Shown: piece after piece, positions 50,454 to 62,114 of the stretch | Layout: each line of letters starts with the position of its first letter | Numbering within the stretch: the first letter of the stretch is position 1 | The notes under the pieces: model-generated | What the model was told of the DNA's origin: nothing | Databases searched by the model: none | What the model saw: the letters and a program-made list of their open reading frames with translations, nothing else | NCBI RefSeq assembly: GCF_021869535.1 | Contig: NW_026262690.1 | Coordinates: 94,116,001-94,180,000, forward strand | Direction: 5' to 3' | Length of the DNA stretch: 64,000 bases | Source of the DNA: Mytilus californianus | Lineage: Eukaryota | Program-made: the position numbers and the translations under genes

Positions 50454-51379
50454 CTTTAACCTACGATTTACCAAGCAAGCAACGTAAGCAATGTCGAACA
50501 AACAATGACTGTCGTAACCAAGTAACAATTCTATTAATGTAAAGATATTGCACATTCGTTACTTTCTCCAGTCAAATGCATGGACGGATTTATATGCATT
50601 TACACACGCCTCGGTTAGCTTAAGGTCGTATATGTGCATTATTATGCTTTGAATAGGGTTAAATGGTCGCAAATTAAAGTGACACTCAAGATACTAGATA
50701 CAATTGTTTTAAATTATTCACTGAATTGAAAACACTAAATGTTTTTGTATAATGTTACACGATTCGTAAAATTGAAATTTTAATAACTAGAAAAAATTAT
50801 AATGGTTACCTAGGTCAAAAGGGAAAGGAAAAATCAAGTTTTGTGGAGGAAAAATAAAGGTAAGTTTCAAAAGAAAAATGTCTGCCATATGTCATATCAA
50901 TTTAATAGATTTGGTTGCACTATAACTAGCCTCGATGAAATGGATATCATGTTTAGTTGTTTCAAACTGTTTTAACATGATTCATTACCAAAACACTACA
51001 AATATATATGATACAATAATATTTCTATCCACAAATACCTTTCCGAATTTAATCAAAACGGGCGTCTACAGCTGACATCAGACTGTTAACAAGTTGGGTA
51101 AGAAGCACTCAAAAGATTGTTAGATACAAAACAAGATTGTTTGAAAAACACGAGACTGTTGTAGTTTTTTTCTGATCTGAGGATAAAGTTGTACTTCAAC
51201 ACCTTCATGAAAAAAAAGCTAAGCGCGTACATCACATTTTTGTCTGACTCTCATTGACGTACGTATACCCAAAATATCCTGTAATATATTTTTAAATAGT
51301 TTGAAAAAAATTGAAAAGATAACGGTTTGATCTATTATTAAATAAGTTCTGGTCTCCACTCATATTCATATCGATTCAA

Positions 51380-52390
51380 AATCACTCTGATTCTAAGAAA
51401 AAAAATTCTCGTAAACTGACATTATCAAGATGTTTAATTTCTTCATTGACCACATATTTGTTTTGTTTGGAGGACGTGTTTTTCAACAAACAATTGGCAT
51501 TCCCATTGGAACAAACTGTACTCTTCTTGCTGACTTGTTCCTTTATTGATATGAATGCTGACTTCATACAGGAGACCTTTAGGAAGAATGAAAAGAAGCT
51601 AGCATTATCCCTTAACTTCATGTTCCGCTATATAAATGACGTCCTCTCACTAAACAATTCAAAGCTTGGTGACTATGTTGAACGCATCTATCCCATTGAA
51701 CTTGAAATAAAGGACATCACATATACATCCAAGTCTGCCTCATACCGGTAATTTGACTTACATCTAGAAATTGACAATAAGGGTCGGTTGGGAACAAAAC
51801 TTTACGACAAAAGAGATGATTTCAGTTTCCCAATTGTGAACTTTCCATTTCTATGCAGCAATATTCCAGCAACGCCTACATACGGAGTAAATATCTCCCG
51901 GTTGATACGATAATCCACAGTATGATTTCCTTGATATGGGGTTGCAACTAACAAGAAATTTATTAAACCAAGAGTTCCAGGTGGTGAAGTTGAAATCATC
52001 CCTTCGAACATTTTACGGACGCCACTACGAATTGGTTGACTGTTATGGAATATCTGTTTCACAGATGACGCCTGGTGTGTTACAACTGTCGTAACCACAA
52101 TCCCGTCATCTTTTTTTAAATCAATAAATAAATCAATTTTATTTCAAGAAGATAATCCCATTAGTTATAAAACTTATCTTTTTCCTGGGTGCCACATGTG
52201 GAATAGGATATACTTACCCTTCTGGGACACCTGAGATCATTATCCGGTTTTTGATGAGATTCGTGTTGCTAAGTCTTTAGTTTTCTGTTGTGTTTTGTGT
52301 ACTTTTGTTTATCTTTTTATCATATTTCGTTTTTGCCACATGGCGTTGTCATTTTGTTTTCGAATTATGATTTGTATATCCCTCACCTCT
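51380..52390 (+). mobile_element. Penelope-like (Naiad-type) RT core, thumb and 3' UTR, frameshifted
   Basis: IDHIFVLFGGRVFQQTIGIPIGTNC..., FRYINDVLSLNNSKLGDYVERIYPIELEIKD, KLYDKRDDFSFPIVNFPFLCSNIP. Confidence 0.85.
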
Positions 52391-52966
52391 CTATACAATT
52401 TCAAAATAAATTCATGACAACAAGTCGATCGTCCGAAAAATCTTTGTATTGGATTAAAGAACATTTTCATAAGATGAAACAGAACTTATTGAAATTGTAC
52501 TGCTTTTCTATTCTAAGTTTTCTAATTTCACTAATAAAACAAACACCCCGACGATGAATTGAGATAATATAATTTGTATTGCCAATTAGCACACATGAGA
52601 ATCAACCATTAACAAATAATATACATACACATACAAGAATATGCCAAATAAACATTTAACCATTATATATACAGAAATATTGTGCACATTATTTTTTTTG
52701 TGTATCATCAGACATGATTGTATTGTCTGATAGGGAGTCGACACCTACTTTTCTATAAGACGTTTCAACGAAGTCTCCAATTTAACAAGCAGGTTCAGTG
52801 TTGGGGCTCAGAATGTGAACTATTTAGTTTATTTATTGAATTAAGATCTTTTAAAAAATATTTACACATTCTCTCTTAGATAATATAAACATATATCAGA
52901 ACGTATTGATAAATTAATATCAGAATCGAAAAAAGAAGTGATAATCAGTCTCTAAATTTTTCCAAA

Positions 52967-53225
52967 GCCTTTGTTCGCTAGTGATGTTCATGAACTTATT
53001 ACTTCAAAGCCTTTGTTCGCTAGTGATGTTCATGAACTTATTACTTCAAAGCCTTTGTTCGCTAGTGATGTTCATGAACTTATTACTTCAAAGCCTTTGT
53101 TCGCTAGTGATGTTCATGAACTTATTACTTCAAAGCCTTTGTTCGCTAGTGATGTTCATGAACTTATTACTTCAAAGCCTTTGTTCGCTAGTGATGTTCA
53201 TGAACTTATTACTTCAAAGCCTTTG
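52967..53225. repeat. Perfect 42-bp minisatellite, 6 copies plus 7 nt
   Basis: GCCTTTGTTCGCTAGTGATGTTCATGAACTTATTACTTCAAA starting at 52967, 53009, 53051, 53093, 53135 and 53177. No mismatches seen. Confidence 0.95.
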
Positions 53226-54324
53226 GACGGATCAATATGGCCACAACTTGGATAATGAATGATGACATAAGACAAACCCTGACGAGGTTTAGGACAGACA
53301 CTAAACTGGACCCCTGTTGTGTTCACTTATCGCTACACTAACCTTCGGAGAGAAGCTTTAGATGGAATGGCGGACCAGTTTAGGACAGACACGTGATTAT
53401 GTGGCGGGTTTAAACTGGAGTTTAATATGAATAAAAGGAGATGTGTGATAAACATTAAATTATTACTAAACGACACAAAATATACAAAGAAATAAGGTCA
53501 ACATATGGTCTTCCAAAACTGATAAACAATCGAAATCAAAATACTGAAGTACTGAACATCGGATGACCGCATGATCTTCTGAATGGTCCGACAAGCACTT
53601 GTCTCAGAAAAAAAATCACATCTCTATACCCGAAGTGAGGTTAACGTACAGATATAATTTTTTTCTTGGACAAGTTCGTGCGTGGATGATAAATTAATGA
53701 CAGGGAATTCAACCTCACCGTAATGACTATTATATTGTAGTGATACAAATCAGTATACTCTGGTTTATTGTTATATATTATATTAATACTTGTATATTAC
53801 AGTTACATGTAGATATAATTTTCATGCATTTGTATATCATTCTATTCTACTATATTTATAATAGTGCAGTACAAGTGCATGGTGGACACTCTTCTGTAAT
53901 AATTCGATTTTTCTAATAGAATGGATTTGAGTAGGCATTCGTATTTTCCCGCAAAAAATGTTTAATCAGCCATGCAGAGTTATCGTTCCTTTAGATTGCA
54001 AACGTTCTTGAGATATTCTTCCGCATGCGTGTGCATAGAATTAATGATTTTTTACTTATATGTATATGCATACAACAAAACATTTTAATATTATTAATTT
54101 ATCTTCTTTGAAAAGTATTTGATGAGTATTCATTGAAGAAATAAATTTATAACAAGCGATAAGGAATGTTAGTTTGCACTTGATGATGTCTACGTATTCA
54201 TCATGTTTATAGATCGGTTAAAAACCCAAAACGAATGTTACGTAATGGAAATCTAGGCGAAGCAATACACCGGAATGCCCTCACAATCATCCGCTGTAAA
54301 AATCAATTTATATAAATTGCATAA

Positions 54325-54367
54325 GTCCGAAGCGATTTTCTGGATTTATTTCATCAGGAACACTCGA
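54325..54367 (-). ncRNA. Minimal type I hammerhead-ribozyme-like motif with intact catalytic core
   Basis: Minus strand: GAGUGUUC-CUGAUGA-AAUAAAUCCA-GAAA-AUCGCU-UC-GGACU. Core CUGAUGA, GAAA and UC are all present. Helices II and III look weakened. Confidence 0.6.
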
Positions 54368-55894
54368 AGTCGAATATTTGAAAGCCAAGAATGTATAAGA
54401 ACCGAAACAGTCCAGGAGCTATATGATCAAAAAGGACATAAAAACAATAAATATTTGACAAGTATCTAAATAACATGCTACGCTCTTAATTGTCACGACT
54501 CTAGAAAAGTTGTGACTGGAATAAAAACACAGACTATCAAAGTTCTGCCATCAACCCTAACTCTCAATTAAGACAAACAGTAAGGTAAAATATTACAACT
54601 TTAACTTTGGTACTTGACTTGGAAAAAGAACATCAAAATACTCTTGAGGCAAATATATACAACACCTGAATGTGAAGATTTAAAGACTACTTTTTTTAAA
54701 TTCCTTGTTTATAAGAGTGCAAAACAAATCGGCTATTAGTAGTGCACAGTTCGAACCCACTGGTTCATCCAAAGTCGGTTGAATTACCACCCAACAATAC
54801 TCAACCGATACTTTAAATTAATAAACAAAATTTGACAAGTACGTTATTTGTAAAATTTTGTTAAGTTGATAATGATATCAACACAGACTTCCGGTGTACT
54901 AATGGATACTATCTGTGCATGCGGCTATTAGTTGTGTACTTACATTGTGTATGGTTGTGTTTTTTATGCTGTGTTTGTCATTTGCTGCCTCGTTGACTTA
55001 TTATCAAAATCTACTTTATATTCAAAATGAAACTACTATAACAATAGTAGTCTCAGATTCAATTGGTCTGTGCAAAAAACTTCTGAAAGTGACATGTATG
55101 AAGACATTCTTACAATTTCTGTCAAAGTTTAGTGCATTTGTGGTACTAACTTTTCTGCTGTGTCTGGTGACTTTTAGCTCCTGTTGTAAAACAGAGAGGC
55201 AATTCTTGTAAATAAAGATGTTTATTTGTTGAAATCAGTAACCATTCAAAACTTAAATTGTTACCATGCAGGCTTGTTCTCAGGATCACTGATCTCTCAA
55301 CTTTCTCCCTTTTTCAACAATCAAATGGTTCCTTGTACTGCTCCCTTGACAACAACCGATTTTACTTGTTTGGTCAATAATCATGTCAGGGTGACAAGTG
55401 TTCTAAATAAAATCCACACATGAGTGGCACAAATGGTAGTATAACAAACCCCTTAATTATTGTATACGGATAGTAATCCAAATTCAACAATTTAGCACTT
55501 GCATAACATTTTGTTCTTTTTAGCTATACTAGATCATCAAATCAGATGTCCTATTTCTTTTTCTTTCTTCTTTTAAGAATAAATATTCAAAAATAATGTA
55601 TCATTCCAAAGGAGAAAGTTTAGAAATAAAATACAAATTTAAGCTTTAATGTCCTTTTACCCAAATTGTGAAACATACATTTTATTTGGTCGTTTGATAT
55701 AACACATTGGTTGTAAAAATTACTAGGATACTCTCTATCTGCCATTTGTCCTTTAGGTTAACAGAATAGTCGCATTTAATGCTTGCATATATCACAATAT
55801 GTATATATGCTCTACCAATAGGAGTAACGACACATGTAAAACATACAAGGTTTTAACATTTTTACCTCCAGTCTTTAGTTTTCTAAATAAAAAT

Positions 55895-56520
55895 AAGGTG
55901 TGTGGTATGTGATTGCCAATGAGACAACTATCGACCAAAGTTAAAATGTAGTGGATGTAAGCATTTATATAGGCAATTGTACGTCCTTCAACAATGAGAA
56001 ACACCCATACAGTATAGTCGGCTATAAAAAAAGCCCCGACATATAAAATATGAAACAATTCAAGGAAACTAACTGCCTAATTTATATTCTTTTTTTTTTA
56101 CGAGAATCAAATATGACAGTCATGAACCAACGACTACCACTGAACTATAGGCTCCTGACAGGCAAATAAAGAATGTGACAGGGTTAAACATATTTAAATG
56201 CGCCAACCCTCCCCTATCCTAGGTGGCGTAACGGCATAACATAAGAACAAACGAAAAAACAATAAATGAAAACAAAATATGACAACAAACGACTACCACT
56301 GAATAACAGGCTCCTGACTTTGGACAAGCCCATACAGAATGTGATGGAATTAAACATGTTTGAAGGCGTCAATATTCCCCCTAATATGTTGTGTTTAGCT
56401 TGCTGTTGTTTGTCTTTTTTTCGTTTGTCGTTGTTTGCTATTGATTTGTCAGTTTGTTTTCGACTTATTAGTTTGAATGTCCCTTTGGTATCTTTCGGCT
56501 CTCTTTTACAACTTATGGAC
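55895..56520. repeat. Cluster of dispersed repeat fragments related to Penelope-like 3' termini
   Basis: CAGGCTCCTGACTT...GGTTAAACAT...AACCCTCCCC (56140-56215, 56295-56360) is the reverse complement of 20935-21005. 56395-56510 matches 23330-23440. Confidence 0.6.
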
Positions 56521-57144
56521 TGTTGACAGACGTTATGCGTCTCCATGTTTCAGAATCCATTTTTAAACAAAAAGCATGATATTTAAAGTATCAAAACTCA
56601 ATCAAATAAGAATAGATAATAGGGGAGCGGATTTAGGGGTGTGGATAGGGGCCGGGGTCCCCCTTATTGGACCGTATACATGAGGTTATTGCATAGACTT
56701 TTACATGTCCCACCCTTAATGTCGCCCCTTTCAAAATCCTTCATATAGGATGTGAATAATACGTCAGTGAGACATCAACACATCGACACCATGCAAGAAC
56801 GTAAGTCATATGTAATAGTAGTCTTTAACATTAGGCAGATGTCTATACAATATGAAGAGTTTTAAAATTGTAACTGAGTATCAAGTGTGGAAAAAGTGAG
56901 TTCTTTAAGAGCATTAAAGTGCGTTAATGTATTCACAAAAATTGACAAAAACGGTAATGTCTGTAATTCCATAAAACATGAAAAATACAACAATTGCCAA
57001 AAAATTAGGATGGATAATGCTTCATTCACAATTCATTCCTGATCCCGCTTAGGAAATGATATCGAGTTGGCTTGCATACATGTAACTATTCATTTAAAAG
57101 TAATCTTCAAGTCATTATTTTGTTTTTCATTTCAGGGGGTCATT

Positions 57145-58089
57145 ATGACAACGAAAATCAAACCCATACGTCAAATTGAGGATTTGACTAAAAAAATAGA
57201 ATGTCCGCAAAAAATACAAAACCAATTATCCAAAGAGGCTGGAGAAACAATGTACAACCACCATACAATGCTACATGCTGAAAAGGAACGAGAGAAAAAA
57301 ATAGCACAAAGTGATGAGGGGGGTGATACCAAAATAATACATGCTGGTAACCTACCAACCATGCGAATTGATATCCGACCCGTAACTGCACCCGGAAAGG
57401 TGTCTCCGACTAACCAGCCCAAGCCAACTATTCCTGCTAGACCACAAACTGTACATGAGGAACGTCATCCAAACGATTCAAAACGTCCGAAAACATCTAA
57501 AGGAAAAAATGCATGGGGAAATGCTTTCCAGAAAATAAAAATAGTTCAAAGTATATCTGGTGGAATACAGATTGAAGGTGCAAGACCTAGTCGATTACAA
57601 AGACGGCAGCCGACATATCAATCGCCCCCATATGCATTCATTAAACCTAAAAAGATAGATGTTAAGCAACCGGATTTTCCTTTAAAGCAAGCAGAGTTTT
57701 GGGCTGAAAAGTTTAAGGAATTAATAAAATTATGGGATAAGGACGAACCCTTGAAAAAACGACTTCGAGATATTTTACCAAGGCCCGAAAACCGGTCAAA
57801 TAGAAATTTTGCTCCAGCACATCACAGATATAACGAATTTATGAAAAATCATGGAGCAAAATATAAATGGGCTTTTATTAAAACTGATTCTCCAATGGCA
57901 GACGAAGAATCTGACAAGAGATTAAATTATGTACCAATTCGACATTTTGAACTGGCGGAAATACAAGATGATATGCATAAGCGGCAAAGAGAAATTAGTA
58001 TGATCTTACAACGAAGCAATACTATTCATCGGGAAGTCCAATCTTTAACAAGACTTAAAAAGCAGATTTACGAACCCGATATCTATTAG
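57145..58089 (+). CDS. Uncharacterised basic 314-aa protein (P2), single coding exon, paralogue of P1
   Basis: Acceptor TTTTTCATTTCAG at 57135, first ATG at 57145 (MTTKIKPIRQ...). Shares FW/WD, F..GxKY and ELAxI...TIxRxV blocks with P1. An upstream in-frame exon cannot be excluded. Confidence 0.8.
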   Translation: MTTKIKPIRQIEDLTKKIECPQKIQNQLSKEAGETMYNHHTMLHAEKEREKKIAQSDEGGDTKIIHAGNLPTMRIDIRPVTAPGKVSPTNQPKPTIPARPQTVHEERHPNDSKRPKTSKGKNAWGNAFQKIKIVQSISGGIQIEGARPSRLQRRQPTYQSPPYAFIKPKKIDVKQPDFPLKQAEFWAEKFKELIKLWDKDEPLKKRLRDILPRPENRSNRNFAPAHHRYNEFMKNHGAKYKWAFIKTDSPMADEESDKRLNYVPIRHFELAEIQDDMHKRQREISMILQRSNTIHREVQSLTRLKKQIYEPDIY

Positions 58090-58819
58090 TAACAATTCCA
58101 AGATACAATGAAATCATAATAATAAAAAATGATTATAGATATAAATATTTTAAATTTATCGCATGTATTCAGAAGTCAACCAACAGTCTGGTGATGCGAT
58201 CAAGCCATAATTTATTTCTCATCGTTACATTTTTCGAAGCCATCATAGGCTCATGATTACCAAAAAAAATATCCTAGATAGAGGTTGACATGTGACTTTG
58301 TCAAACTCTAAATGGTCTCGAGGATAGATATGGTCAATTAAAACCCAACAAAGACGACCAAAAGTCTGCCGTCAACACCATATTCATTAATTGAACAAAA
58401 TCCGCAAGAAATAAACAATAAAACCGCTGACGAGGTTTCTGACTTGGGACAAGGGCATTCACGTGTGCTAGGATTAAATAAGTTTAGGTCGATACTCAAT
58501 ACACTGCCTTTTTACTTACAAAAGGTACAAATATTAAACACTTAAAACTGGTCTTTACTCAATAACAATGGTAAATATAGACGACCAAAACAAAAACACA
58601 GCTTTTTTACAAGTAAAGATTTTTAACTAAATGATTAAACAGCTTGATACAACACTGTCCAACCCAAGGCTATGCGGAGGGTTGAGCGCTCACAAATGTG
58701 TTTAACCCTAGCGGAAGCGTAGTTCTTATGGTTAAATCTTAACCCTGTTACATTATTTATATGACTATGTCAGAAATCTGTAATTTAGTGGTCGTATTTG
58801 CTGTCCGTTTATTGTTTTT

Positions 58820-59030
58820 TTTAACATTTTCTCTTTTGAATTGTTTCACATTTTGCCATGTCGTGTCCTTTTATATCTTACAATACGATATGCATGGGTT
58901 TTGATCATTGTAGAAGGTCGTACGGTAATCTACTAGTATTATATTGTTTGTTTACACCCTCTTTCTTTTGTCTCTGGTGGATAGCTGTCTCATTAGCAAT
59001 CATACCACATCTCCTTATTGTTTTATAGAA
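58820..59030 (+). repeat. Dispersed repeat fragment (…GCAATCATACCACATC… terminus)
   Basis: Matches 59930-59975 and the reverse complement of 55895-55930. Confidence 0.55.
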
Positions 59031-59668
59031 AAGTAATAATCTAACCGAGACTCTAACTTAAATATACTTATGTTGTAATGTATAAGTAATAAACTGGAAG
59101 AAGTTTATCTTGTGATCACAGACATCCCTCGCCAATATGAATTGACATCTAAATACAAGAGACATCAAGGGTCATTACTCTTGATTGGAAGATGTGAACT
59201 CAATGAAAATCGAGCATATTAAAGTAATTGTGATACTTTTTGAAGGAAATGCATTCACCAATGACCTGTAGACGTACACCTTCCTTGTAGATCAATGTTG
59301 AATTCAATAACTATAAAGTAAAAATCAATTCAAATAAAACATTTAGTGAGGTAATAATATCAACGATAAGCATATATTCGAAATGATATTTGTCAGAAAC
59401 TTTTACGTATGATTCTTTTAATAAAGGATAAATATCACTTCATAACTTATAAGATATGTTTTTAAATATGAATATGGTGAAATGTGGGATAAATGTACAC
59501 CAATAAGATAACAAAACAACGAATAAAAAAATAATCAACAGACATCTACAAAAGACAAGTGTCTGTAGTCCCTCTGTAATGCTCAAAATCTGCCCTACTC
59601 TAGAAAATTGGGTTTAAAAATAGATTTATAAATATCTGCCATTAACACCAGATCCCCATTAAGCTATT

Positions 59669-59867
59669 GAGGTTCCTGACTTCAGAAATAAAACATTGAG
59701 ATATGATGACGTCAGACGACAGCTAACGAGGTTCCTGACTGCAGAAATAAAACATTGAGATATGATGACGCCAGACGACAGCTAACGAGGTTCCTGACTT
59801 CAGAAATAAAACATTGAGATATGATGACGTCAGACGACAGCTAACGAGGTTCCTGACTGCAGAAATA
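59669..59867. repeat. 59-bp tandem repeat, ~3.4 copies, alternating A/B variants
   Basis: GAGGTTCCTGACT units at 59669, 59728, 59787 and 59846. Confidence 0.9.
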
Positions 59868-60197
59868 TGGTAAAACTACCGTACGGTGACATGTAGTTTT
59901 CTATGTCCTCTTTCTGTGTCAGTTTGGTTACTTGTCTCATTGGCAATCATACCATTACTTCTTTTTTTTATAGTTACTTAAGAATAAAATAACAAATTAA
60001 ATACTGTTTTGAACTTCTTTAATGTAAATTGTCGACTATTTTTGCAAGTCATTTACCTCAATGACGGCTAAAAGAAAGTAATCATTTACTGAATAGTTGG
60101 CTTTGTTCAAAATTTCTTCGAGAAAAGACCCTATAATTGAATCGAGATGGTCCTGCTTATTTCCTGTTATATTCACCAATCAGTTGATATCAACGGC

Positions 60198-61364
60198 TCA
60201 TATTTTTTCATCAGCAATTGTCTGTCGCAGTCTATGAATGTCTGCTAATGTTTGGTTGGACATGCTTGGGATTTCATCTGATAAATATTTGTAAATTTGG
60301 AACGCACTGCTTTTCCTCATAAGAACACGTCTCTCACTGTTTGATGGAACTGTACATTTGTTAAATTTCACTTCAAGATAATCGTTTCTGTCTGATTCTC
60401 CATTTATTCTGCTAGAGCACTTATTTGGTTTGACCATAATATTAGGTAGCGATTGACGGCGACGCTCTGTTTGAGACGGAACTTTCAATTGCACATACTC
60501 AATGTCATGTTGAATAGAAGCGCGCCGACGCTCCAGTCGAGACTCAGGGAAGATTTCTGTGTTGTTATGCTTCAATTTATCAATTGCTAGTAATTCCAAC
60601 CGTGTTGATTGAATAGATCCTCTTCTAGAAGTTTTGCAGTTACTTTTTTTCATTTGTGTTGTCGATATGATTGGTGTTGTCGATGTGATCGGTGTTGTCG
60701 ATGTGATTGGTGTTGTCGATATGATTGGCGTTGTCGATATGATCGGAAGAGACTTGCGTCGTTGTATTAATCTACTTGGGAACATCTCAGAAACTAACTC
60801 ATCAGACACGGTGTCGGAATCTTCATCATTTGATGAAGGCATATTATTAGTCATAGGTTCACAGGACTTCGGAGTCGAATTCGTGGTTCTATTTTCCTCA
60901 GATTTAGGTGTGTTAGTCGTTCTTTCATCTTTTGAAATATCAAGCTTTTGTTTAAGTTCGTATCTTATTCTCGGTAAATCTTCTAAGCGTATCACATTCT
61001 TTGGTAGTATTTTCTCCCGATTATTATTATTATTATCTTCAGATTTATTCTTCCGTATAGGGTTTGTTTTAAGCATCATCCTGGCCTTCAACACCACAGC
61101 AGAAGGTTTATCCCAGCCTTTGTTTTGAGAAAGGTCTAACTCTTTGTCTGAATTTAATGAACACTTTGACAGCTCTCTTTTTAACAATTTCATATCTGTT
61201 TTCAGTTGAGAAAATGCTCTCCTCTGATCCTTGGTTATTTTGTTAACTTTGTAGATTAATTCTTTGTCCAATACATCATTTAAACCAGACAGCCTTTTAT
61301 GCAGCCTAACTCTGACACTCATGTCTTCGTCCATATTCCTATATGAATATGTTTTCATACTCAT
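60198..61364 (-). CDS. Uncharacterised 388-aa protein (P3): N-terminal coiled coil, disordered body, repeated RRxS motifs
   Basis: Long ORF with an acceptor-like TTTTGTTTTATAAAG about 20 nt upstream of the ATG. N-terminal heptad-like RLHKRLSGLNDVLDKEL...DMKLLKREL. Carries RRKS, RRGS, RRAS and RRQS. Confidence 0.8.
   Translation of the reverse strand: MSMKTYSYRNMDEDMSVRVRLHKRLSGLNDVLDKELIYKVNKITKDQRRAFSQLKTDMKLLKRELSKCSLNSDKELDLSQNKGWDKPSAVVLKARMMLKTNPIRKNKSEDNNNNNREKILPKNVIRLEDLPRIRYELKQKLDISKDERTTNTPKSEENRTTNSTPKSCEPMTNNMPSSNDEDSDTVSDELVSEMFPSRLIQRRKSLPIISTTPIISTTPITSTTPITSTTPIISTTQMKKSNCKTSRRGSIQSTRLELLAIDKLKHNNTEIFPESRLERRRASIQHDIEYVQLKVPSQTERRRQSLPNIMVKPNKCSSRINGESDRNDYLEVKFNKCTVPSNSERRVLMRKSSAFQIYKYLSDEIPSMSNQTLADIHRLRQTIADEKI
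60656..60745 (-). repeat. Coding 18-bp tandem repeat x5 (PI[I/T]STT)
   Basis: GTGTTGTCGAT(A/G)TGAT(T/C)G units within P3. Confidence 0.9.
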
Positions 61365-62114
61365 TCTAAGTCACGTTTTATAATCTTTATAAAACAAAAA
61401 ATGTGTGAAAAACAACTTTGCGGACCTTGGAACAGATTTATGACATACTAATCAATTACGTTTGGACAGTTGGTGGCGTGCTTGCAAACGTGAGCCGAAA
61501 ATTAAACAATGTTTCCAATTTGTGTGTGTGTTTTGTCACTTAATCGGGTTTAATCTGGTTTATTACTATTAGTTTGCATAACTTGCAGTTTTACGAGTTG
61601 TCTGTCAGTATTGAACGTGTGTACATTTAAAAAAATGGAATTTTGAATGTTTAGGTAATTAGAATAAAAAAAGTTCCACAACTGAAAGATGTTTTTAACT
61701 TTTGTTATGTTTTACCTTTTAGCTAAAATATCAAAATCCCAAACACTCAATTCTGAATTTAAAAACGTTACACGGACCACTTACTAGATAACAATTACAA
61801 TTTAACGTAACTTGTCGAATTAACCAAAAACGAATACTCAATCCGAACGAACTGTATTTGAAATGGATTGTCCTTCATGACAGTGTTTGTGAAATGATTT
61901 AAAAAAAAATGTAAATGCCTATCGGCGACGATGTCTGGTTATATGATTAAATAATCCGTGCTACAGCCAGTTCAAGTTCATTGTCTGATAAGAATGTTCA
62001 ATATCACTGCGTAGTCTCATCTTCTGTCTAGTTCTATATAAAGTTTACTGAAAAATTATTTTTGAATGATAACCAAAATCAACGAATTTCTTAATACATA
62101 ATCGTTCATGCACT

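Noticed and set aside
52967-53262. CRISPR array, or repeat proteins from ORFs 52971..53255 and 52981..53262
   Set aside because: No spacers (head-to-tail identical units) and a eukaryotic context. The open frames follow simply from a 42-bp stop-free unit.
57067-57144. N-terminal 26 aa of ORF 57067..58089
   Set aside because: It runs through a polypyrimidine tract and CAG acceptor at 57135, so it is most likely intronic.
60634-61128. 164-aa plus-strand ORF (VVDMIG repeats)
   Set aside because: It is an antisense shadow of P3 and its 18-bp repeat.
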